This document shows positions 20,736 through 27,150 of a DNA stretch of 64,000 nt, in pieces. How positions within the stretch are numbered: position 1 is the first letter of the stretch; every line of letters starts with the position of its first letter. Both the position numbers and the translations under genes were made by a program. The notes below the pieces were generated by a model. The model searched no databases, was not told where the DNA came from, and worked only from the letters and a program-made list of their open reading frames with translations. The stretch spans positions 2,493-66,492 of the forward strand of contig JAUVDN010000001.1 of NCBI GenBank assembly GCA_030595325.1. The letters are read 5' to 3'. This DNA is from Gammaproteobacteria bacterium (GTDB lineage Bacteria; Pseudomonadota; Gammaproteobacteria; SZUA-229).

Positions 20736-21791
20736 TTATTTAGCTTTATCCGACACTGTCGCTGTTGGCTTTTTTACAGCAAACGGGCTTGTGCCTGGCA
20801 TATTGACTTCCGTTTTAATATTTTCAGCTTTTACGGCATCAACTTTTATATTTTCCTTTGGAACAACGAGTGGCACAGCGTGTTTTACCGGCATCACTCT
20901 TGCTGGTTGATATGGACGTGCATAAGTATTACGTTGCTGCTGAGGGTTGTTATATGAAGGCCAGGTCTTAGGTGCAGTCATCGTTGGCGGAACATTTGAA
21001 CTGGAGCTAAATGGCATCATATCGTTCATCATGCCAAATGGTCCACTGGAAACGGTTCGATTCATACCGTGCATATCACGCTGCATACCGTAAACAGAAC
21101 GATTCATACTGCCGATATTGTGCGTCATGCTCTGTATGTTATTGCTCATCGGTGTTAACGCATCCATCTGCGTTGACATGGAACCAATTTCAGTTGTCAT
21201 GCCATCAATATTGCCTGTCATATTATCGATACTGCCCGTCATGCTACCTAAATCTTTGGTCATGCGTGGCATTGCATCAGAAACGATTACCGCCATACGG
21301 GTAACCGACTGAGACAGAGTAGAAATATCATGCGTCAATCGATAGATCAAAAAGAAACCGTAACCAGCTAATAACACAAACGCAAACAATGACGGGTAAA
21401 CCACCATCTCCCAACGTCGCGCACTGCTATCAAACGTATTAGCTAATCTTTCTAACGGATCAGTTGGTTTATCACTAACATAAGCCTTATCCAGTATCTT
21501 TTGCTGTGCACGTTGTTTTGCTTCATGAGCGCGTGCTTTTAGATCATCAGAACTTGATTTAGATTTAGATTTGATGGCATTATCAGCCGCCGCCTTATCT
21601 ACTGCACTTATTTTTTTTGCAGCTGACTTCATGTCAGAATCTTTGTTCGCACCCGCCTTGGCAGTAGCGGCAGAACCTTTAATAACTGGTTTCGCTGTAC
21701 TTGCCTTCTCTATACTGGGCTTAGCTGAACTAGCCTTCTTAGCTGTCGCTTTGTCTTTTAACGTACTATCAGTTTTTTTATCTTCAGCCAT
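20736..21791 (-). CDS. Bitopic membrane protein: Lys/Ala-rich N-terminus, one TM, Met-heptad repeat region, Pro/Asn/Tyr-rich C-terminus
   Basis: aa 1-105 are rich in K, A and S (AKKASSAKP..., KAGANK...). The TM is at aa 128-150. aa 174-260 hold about 9 heptads of the form M-[TS]-x-x-I-[DG]-x. Only a 6-nt gap separates it from the downstream GTPase gene. Confidence 0.6.
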   Translation of the reverse strand: MAEDKKTDSTLKDKATAKKASSAKPSIEKASTAKPVIKGSAATAKAGANKDSDMKSAAKKISAVDKAAADNAIKSKSKSSSDDLKARAHEAKQRAQQKILDKAYVSDKPTDPLERLANTFDSSARRWEMVVYPSLFAFVLLAGYGFFLIYRLTHDISTLSQSVTRMAVIVSDAMPRMTKDLGSMTGSIDNMTGNIDGMTTEIGSMSTQMDALTPMSNNIQSMTHNIGSMNRSVYGMQRDMHGMNRTVSSGPFGMMNDMMPFSSSSNVPPTMTAPKTWPSYNNPQQQRNTYARPYQPARVMPVKHAVPLVVPKENIKVDAVKAENIKTEVNMPGTSPFAVKKPTATVSDKAK

Positions 21792-21792
21792 C

Positions 21793-22383
21793 TTAAAAAT
21801 CGCCCTCAGCGCCTCGATTCATAATCTCTAATATAATTTTCTTAACACCCATTGCTTCTTCTTTTAAAGCTGGCGGCAATGGTTTTCCACCATAAATCAT
21901 GGCATCCATGTTTAATGAGTATAGCCACAATTTACCTTCTTTATCCTCAACCAGACTGATACGGCACGGTAAATAGGCTGAAAATGCGTCACTGTAATCA
22001 AGCATCTGTGCCGCAGTTAACGCATTACAGAACATATATATCTTGAAGAATCGTGACTCTTCGCCATTCATTGCTGTAACTTGATCAGACAGAGGAAGCT
22101 CACCAACATTTTTAATGTTAAGTTCATTTGCAACTGCTTTGATAGTTTCATCCACATCTTCAACGGTCAGATCTTCTTCGACCGGAATCTTCCATACGGT
22201 TGCTTCAGCAGCATTACCGGTTTCGAGAAGTGTTGTTATCATGTCGCCATAAACATCGATCGCTTTTTCATCAAACTCTTCAAAAGCCTCCATCATAGGC
22301 GCAACTTTCACTGCCGCATAAATTGCGATAACAACAACAGCAAAGCCGATGAGCGCAAATAAATTACGTAACGCATAAAACAT
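21793..22383 (-). CDS. Membrane-anchored DUF302 domain protein
   Basis: N-terminal TM (LFALIGFAVVVIAIYAAV). DUF302-like core FKIYMFCNALTAAQML...LPCRISLVEDKEGKLWLYSLN. Its stop codon ends 1 nt before the next start. Confidence 0.7.
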   Translation of the reverse strand: MFYALRNLFALIGFAVVVIAIYAAVKVAPMMEAFEEFDEKAIDVYGDMITTLLETGNAAEATVWKIPVEEDLTVEDVDETIKAVANELNIKNVGELPLSDQVTAMNGEESRFFKIYMFCNALTAAQMLDYSDAFSAYLPCRISLVEDKEGKLWLYSLNMDAMIYGGKPLPPALKEEAMGVKKIILEIMNRGAEGDF

Positions 22384-22459
22384 ATAAATACCTCAAAATA
22401 ATCTCAAAAAATGATCCCATAGTTGCATTCAGCAAACCGCGACCCAAAATGACAATAGG

Positions 22460-23302
22460 CTACGATACCGTTGAATCAATCAACGTCTGCAATTCACTTG
22501 CTTTCGTGCTATCCAATTGTCGCAACAAGCCCATCAATGTACGGGCTCGTTGTATCTGTCCTTTACGTACTAAAATAGAAGCTGCTTCAAAATAAGCAGA
22601 GGCAGCTTGCTGTTTTTTTCCTTGATTAAAATATACATTGCCTAATTCACCGTAAGCATCATAGTTATCCGTCGTGTTATCAATAACATTTTGGTAACTC
22701 TGTTCTGACAAATCATACTTTCGTTGAAAAAAAGACTTCCTTGCGGTAATCCAACTGCCTCGAACCGCATCTTTTTCCATCGACTGACCAACCACTCGAC
22801 CATGCTTATCTACATTTTCTAATTTCTGCTCTACGTCAGCAGTAATGAATGTGTCCTGAGAGGCTTGACCTGTTACTGAATTGACAGTAGCTGGCTGTGG
22901 CTTGGCTGGCTGTGGTTTGGCTAGCGGAGGCGCAACAGTAAAGCTTGATTCATTTGCAGCTACTTGTCTCTGCCTATTTGGCAATGGCTGTGTACTGTTC
23001 TGTGGGGGGGTGACCGCTACATTTTCCTTAGCCACATTAGTCTCATCTACTGCATCTGCAAGCTCAGCTAACGGTGGCGCAACCTCTCTATTTTGAGTAT
23101 CCGCTGACAGTTTTGCCTGCTTTGCTTTTACCGCAGCAATAAACTCTTCAACCTCAACAAATTCATCTGAGAGATATGCCAGCGCTTTGCCTGCAGGTGT
23201 ATCATCACCCGCCAGATTACCCCAGAACATATACCCGTATATCACCGTCACAACTAACAGGATAAGAAAAATATGACTTAGGAACCATCGAATAATTTTC
23301 AT
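22460..23302 (-). CDS. Membrane-anchored protein with Pro-rich linker and C-terminal TPR-like repeat
   Basis: N-terminal TM (IFLILLVVTVIYGYMFW), a KPQPAKPQPA linker, and a C-terminal YDAYGELGNVYFNQGKKQQAASAYFEAA TPR-like helix pair. Confidence 0.55.
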   Translation of the reverse strand: MKIIRWFLSHIFLILLVVTVIYGYMFWGNLAGDDTPAGKALAYLSDEFVEVEEFIAAVKAKQAKLSADTQNREVAPPLAELADAVDETNVAKENVAVTPPQNSTQPLPNRQRQVAANESSFTVAPPLAKPQPAKPQPATVNSVTGQASQDTFITADVEQKLENVDKHGRVVGQSMEKDAVRGSWITARKSFFQRKYDLSEQSYQNVIDNTTDNYDAYGELGNVYFNQGKKQQAASAYFEAASILVRKGQIQRARTLMGLLRQLDSTKASELQTLIDSTVS

Positions 23303-23357
23303 ATAAACCTCTGTACCAACTTAACCTTTAAAAACAGCTTTGAACAAACCACTTAAT

Positions 23358-23981
23358 TTAGTCTAATATCGCTGCCAGCTTTTTCATTTCTTTTGATGCT
23401 TTACCCATCGGATCCAGCTCAAACACACCCAGACCTTCACTGAACGAACGACGATATGCAGTCCGCTGATAGAGACGAATATCAATCGCTTTTATTCCTT
23501 GCAGCATCTGTATCGCTTGCTCTGCCTCATCCGTTTCACGCACGCCCACATGGGTATCCGCTCGATTAATAAAACCTAATACTTCCGTTTTAGCATTTTT
23601 ATTATCAGCCACTATTTTCAAGAATCGTTGCGTCGACCAGATATCGGCCTGACTTGGCAGCACAGGGATAAGAATGCGACCTGCTAATGAAATCGCTTTT
23701 TCCATCGCCGGCATGTTACTGGCGCTCATATCAACGATAATAGGCTGCTTGTTTTTTTTATCACCAGCCAGTTTTTCTAACTCAGCTAAATCAGTAGAAA
23801 CTTCAAATGTTGGCTCAAAGCCATCTTCTTCGCGCACTTCACATACATCAACCAGTGTACATTGAGGGTCCAGATCAAATGCCATAACCCCTGCTTTATC
23901 ATGTGCCAACCAGACCGCTAGATTAAACGCAACTGTACTTTTACCTGTACCACCCTTTAAATTCCCAACGACTGTTAACAT
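23358..23981 (-). CDS. ParA/MinD-family ATPase (orphan, no ParB nearby)
   Basis: Deviant Walker A GNLKGGTGKST at the N-terminus. 207 aa. The DLDPQ motif is typical of small ParA-like proteins. Confidence 0.85.
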   Translation of the reverse strand: MLTVVGNLKGGTGKSTVAFNLAVWLAHDKAGVMAFDLDPQCTLVDVCEVREEDGFEPTFEVSTDLAELEKLAGDKKNKQPIIVDMSASNMPAMEKAISLAGRILIPVLPSQADIWSTQRFLKIVADNKNAKTEVLGFINRADTHVGVRETDEAEQAIQMLQGIKAIDIRLYQRTAYRRSFSEGLGVFELDPMGKASKEMKKLAAILD

Positions 23982-24063
23982 AAATGCATCCGATTATTAT
24001 TAGTGATTATAATTGTTATTTATATCAATATGTTATGACTTATATCAAGCAAAGCAGAGGTTA

Positions 24064-24867
24064 TTATTTACCTGCCATTGCTTCTGTGTTTATTTCTGTT
24101 TTAGTATTTTTTACAGCTTTTTGCGCAACCTTTAACGATGCATCAAATAGCTTATAATCCTTTGGTATAACAAACAGCTTTTTACTGACTTTACCAACCG
24201 TTATATTTCTCAGCTCATCAACAACATTATCTTTATATTGCTGCTTCACCACGATATCCAGCTTGTTGTCATACCACTGTACACCCTGCTGCTGCTCACC
24301 CGATCCGCTGAATGCAACCATGGTAAGTTTTCTGACCTTACGGTCATTCATTATTTGATCATCCTTAATTTCAACACTTAAACCCGTACCATCCGAGTTC
24401 TCCTGACGAAGTATATTTTTATACTTTACATCTATCCATTGAAATATATGAAAATCGTGACCTTCATTATTAAGTGTAATCAGCCATTTTTCTACATCTC
24501 GGTCATCAATCTTGGCTTTTTTAAGAAACATGCATTCAGCACCAGCAAACTGCTTACATGGGTCCGTATTCTTTTTACGTTTTTTACCTGTGATTACTTT
24601 TTCATCTGCAGGCATATCACGTTCAAGAAAAAATTTATTCTCGCTATCTAACCATATAATCTTATTATTCTTGTTATCAAAGATTTGCACCATAGGCACG
24701 CCATCTTCAGTATATTCAAAACGTACATTGCCATCTAGCCAAAACATCTTTGCATGGCTGACACTTTCGCCACGAATCTGTACCGCATCAGCGGTAAAAG
24801 ACTGCGCTTGCAATAAAGCTGAGTAGGATAAACAGACCAGAAAAAATAGATTTATTATAAATTTCAT
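24064..24867 (-). CDS. Secreted hypothetical protein
   Basis: Clear signal peptide MKFIINLFFLVCLSYSALLQAQS. The mature part looks predominantly beta-strand and Lys/Asp-rich. No motif recognised. Confidence 0.6.
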   Translation of the reverse strand: MKFIINLFFLVCLSYSALLQAQSFTADAVQIRGESVSHAKMFWLDGNVRFEYTEDGVPMVQIFDNKNNKIIWLDSENKFFLERDMPADEKVITGKKRKKNTDPCKQFAGAECMFLKKAKIDDRDVEKWLITLNNEGHDFHIFQWIDVKYKNILRQENSDGTGLSVEIKDDQIMNDRKVRKLTMVAFSGSGEQQQGVQWYDNKLDIVVKQQYKDNVVDELRNITVGKVSKKLFVIPKDYKLFDASLKVAQKAVKNTKTEINTEAMAGK

Positions 24868-24877
24868 AATAGTTTAA

Positions 24878-24908
24878 ACAGAAAAAGCGGTGCCACTCTG
24901 GCACCGCT
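24878..24908 (-). terminator. Rho-independent terminator after the Sgp-like gene
   Basis: Perfect 10-bp GC-rich stem AGCGGTGCCA / TGGCACCGCT with a 3-nt loop. On the minus strand it is followed by TTTTTCTGTTT. Confidence 0.75.
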
Positions 24909-24922
24909 CAATCAAATGCTGC

Positions 24923-25393
24923 TTACTGTGCCGGTGCTGCCTGCGGTGCAGACTGTGCAGGTGGCTGACCATAAGGACCAGGACCATAAGGCTGCTGACC
25001 ATAAGGACCAGGACCACGGTAACCAGGGCCTGGGCCATAATTAGGACGACCATAGTTCTGGTTGCCACCAGAATAACCATTATTCCAGGCATTACTGTTG
25101 TTCCAGTCGTTGTTTCCATAATAAGAGTTGTTGCCACGGCCCCTACCGCTGCCTTTACCTTGCATACTCATATTAAAGTTACCGTCAAATTCGCCCGAAC
25201 CATCGCCCGTGCCATCACCGTAACCGCTATTATCCCAGTTGTTGTTCCAATTGTTGTTGCCATTGCCCCAACCACTGTTACTATTATTGTTATTGTTATC
25301 CCAAGGACCACCCCAACCAGCATTTGCTGTCATTGAAGCCAGACCAAGCGTTAAGGCGGAAGATATTACTGCCAGTTTGATTATTGATTTCAT
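24923..25393 (-). CDS. Small secreted Gly/Asn/Trp/Tyr-rich repetitive protein, sulfur-globule-protein (Sgp)-like
   Basis: Start chosen at the ATG at 25393, which has GAGGA about 9 nt upstream. Signal peptide MKSIIKLAVISSALTLGLASMTANA. The mature part reads GWGGPWDNNNNN..GWGNGNNNW..GDGTGDGSGEFDGNFNMSMQGKGSGRGRG...GPGPGYRGPGPYGQQPYGPGPYG. Antisense and alternative-frame ORFs here are low-complexity shadows. Confidence 0.6.
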   Translation of the reverse strand: MKSIIKLAVISSALTLGLASMTANAGWGGPWDNNNNNSNSGWGNGNNNWNNNWDNSGYGDGTGDGSGEFDGNFNMSMQGKGSGRGRGNNSYYGNNDWNNSNAWNNGYSGGNQNYGRPNYGPGPGYRGPGPYGQQPYGPGPYGQPPAQSAPQAAPAQ

Positions 25394-25551
25394 ACGACTA
25401 TTCCTCATTACTTCCCTCATTAAAATGCGGCATTGAATCGAGGGATGCACCCAATACCTGGATTATTGTGAAGCCATCAATTGTAAAGCTAGTAACTTTT
25501 CAGTGGTGAACTACACACTATACCCTTGTTAATAGCTGGAATCTATTTCAT

Positions 25552-26313
25552 TTATAAGTTTCCATTAGGTCCGAAACTAAATGGATTGAAGACATTATTC
25601 GGCAATGGATTAAGCCTATCATTCAGCCTTCTATTTTCATCCGTTCCACCTTGATTACCCATAAAAGGCTGAACATGAATCGGCGGCAAACCACCTACTG
25701 CCGCATCTGGCATCCAGGGAAATGAACCGCCACGTTGCAATAAATCTGAACCATTACCCCACGGTGAAACCGAAGGCACATCAATCATTGGATTTGAATA
25801 GCCTCCCTGATTCGGCATGTTGTACATCGGCGGAGCATAAATAGACGGACCCGTCGCGCCAGGAACCGATAAACCATATACAGGCGGCGCAGGTAGGGTC
25901 TGAGCTGGCAAGTTTTGTACCGGCAAGTCCTGAACTGGTCTGCGCTGCTGTGGAGCCATACCGTACGAACCCCTATTTATCAGCCTATCGCCAGGCAGGC
26001 GTTGATACATCATTTGCTGCTGTTTTAATGATTCAAGAATTTCTGGTGTAACAAAGCGAGAGCCCTGGTGCTGTTGAGGTCGACCCTGCTGGCCACGGAA
26101 TAATTGGAATTTAGATTGCTCATCTACCTGGGGTAACGCCCAAGGATTAGAACGGCTATCTATTAACTGAAAGGAATAGTCAGGTATTTGCTGAGATATC
26201 ACTTTATCACCAGCAAAGGCAGCAGGCGCAAAAGCCAGCAGAAGGCTATACATTAAGCCACCCGTAACTTTGTTTATATGGTTGCGATACTGCATTAAAC
26301 ATACCCTAAACAT
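25552..26313 (-). CDS. Secreted Pro/Gln/Met/Gly-rich low-complexity protein
   Basis: Signal-like MYSLLLAFAPAAFAG; the start may be an internal Met near 26295 or 26253. The mature part is rich in P, Q, M, N and G, with motifs such as PVQDLPVQNLPAQTLPAPP and FNPFSFGPNGNL. Confidence 0.55.
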   Translation of the reverse strand: MFRVCLMQYRNHINKVTGGLMYSLLLAFAPAAFAGDKVISQQIPDYSFQLIDSRSNPWALPQVDEQSKFQLFRGQQGRPQQHQGSRFVTPEILESLKQQQMMYQRLPGDRLINRGSYGMAPQQRRPVQDLPVQNLPAQTLPAPPVYGLSVPGATGPSIYAPPMYNMPNQGGYSNPMIDVPSVSPWGNGSDLLQRGGSFPWMPDAAVGGLPPIHVQPFMGNQGGTDENRRLNDRLNPLPNNVFNPFSFGPNGNL

Positions 26314-26406
26314 CTACTCACAAATACAGTTGAAAATTCTTTACTTCATACATTTTCAAATTTAATAATCAAACAGCATAACGTATCTGCTAATCAGGCT
26401 TTCAAG

Positions 26407-27138
26407 TTAATTAGAGCCTGATTGATTATAACGCGGATTTTGAGCACGGTGAGGTGGTTGGGCTGGTCGTGCGATTTTATTGTTACTTGAATTTGGTCGA
26501 TAAGATGGCCCATTGTAATGAGGACCAGCTGGCGTGTAACCCATGGATGGCGTCCAACGTGAGCCGTTCATGTTCATAGCCGGCGCATTATATGCATTTG
26601 GCATGTAACCACCGGGGTGTTGCCGCCCAGTATAATTACCCATCACCTGACGCTGACCGGCATTAGCTGGAGCTTGCTGGCGTTTTGCTCGAGGAGGTGC
26701 CATATGCGTCATCGGTTGTGACGGTGCATAACGATAACCGCTTTCTGGCATCCAGCGGTTTGTATTATTACCACGTAAATTATTAGGCCAGGGAATATCT
26801 GGGCTAAACATATCCATAGGCACAAATGATGGATCATGCCGATACACAGGCTTATTGAAATTATGGCCAAAAGAAGGGCCTTTTACAGAGTAATCACTTA
26901 ACGCCGATGACATATACGGACCAGGCGGTGGTGGCGGAATAATTTCTTTTTTTACTTGATGTCGCTGTGTCCGTTGCGGATAACTACGCCCTGCTTCACT
27001 GCCCGGTTGCTGACCAGTATTAGCTGTATTCGCATCCGTTGCTTTTACAGATTCCGCCTGTAACAACGCAGGTAACAGTAGCAGAACCACTGGTAGGCAT
27101 AAATTTCTCAAACTTTTTGAACCATCGTTAAAATACAT
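26407..27138 (-). CDS. Secreted Pro/Asn/Tyr/Met/Arg-rich low-complexity protein
   Basis: Signal peptide LCLPVVLLLLPALLQAES. The mature part is rich in P, N, Y, M, G and R. The start lies only 12 nt after the RND stop codon. Confidence 0.55.
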   Translation of the reverse strand: MYFNDGSKSLRNLCLPVVLLLLPALLQAESVKATDANTANTGQQPGSEAGRSYPQRTQRHQVKKEIIPPPPPGPYMSSALSDYSVKGPSFGHNFNKPVYRHDPSFVPMDMFSPDIPWPNNLRGNNTNRWMPESGYRYAPSQPMTHMAPPRAKRQQAPANAGQRQVMGNYTGRQHPGGYMPNAYNAPAMNMNGSRWTPSMGYTPAGPHYNGPSYRPNSSNNKIARPAQPPHRAQNPRYNQSGSN

Positions 27139-27150
27139 TAATCGTTCCTT

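Noticed and set aside
24874-25336. Long ORFs in other frames and on the other strand across the Sgp-like gene (24874-25137 minus, 24890-25336 plus, 25239-25436 plus).
   Set aside because: These are shadow ORFs produced by codon-periodic low-complexity DNA. Only the 24923-25393 frame has a signal peptide, a Shine-Dalgarno sequence and a downstream terminator.
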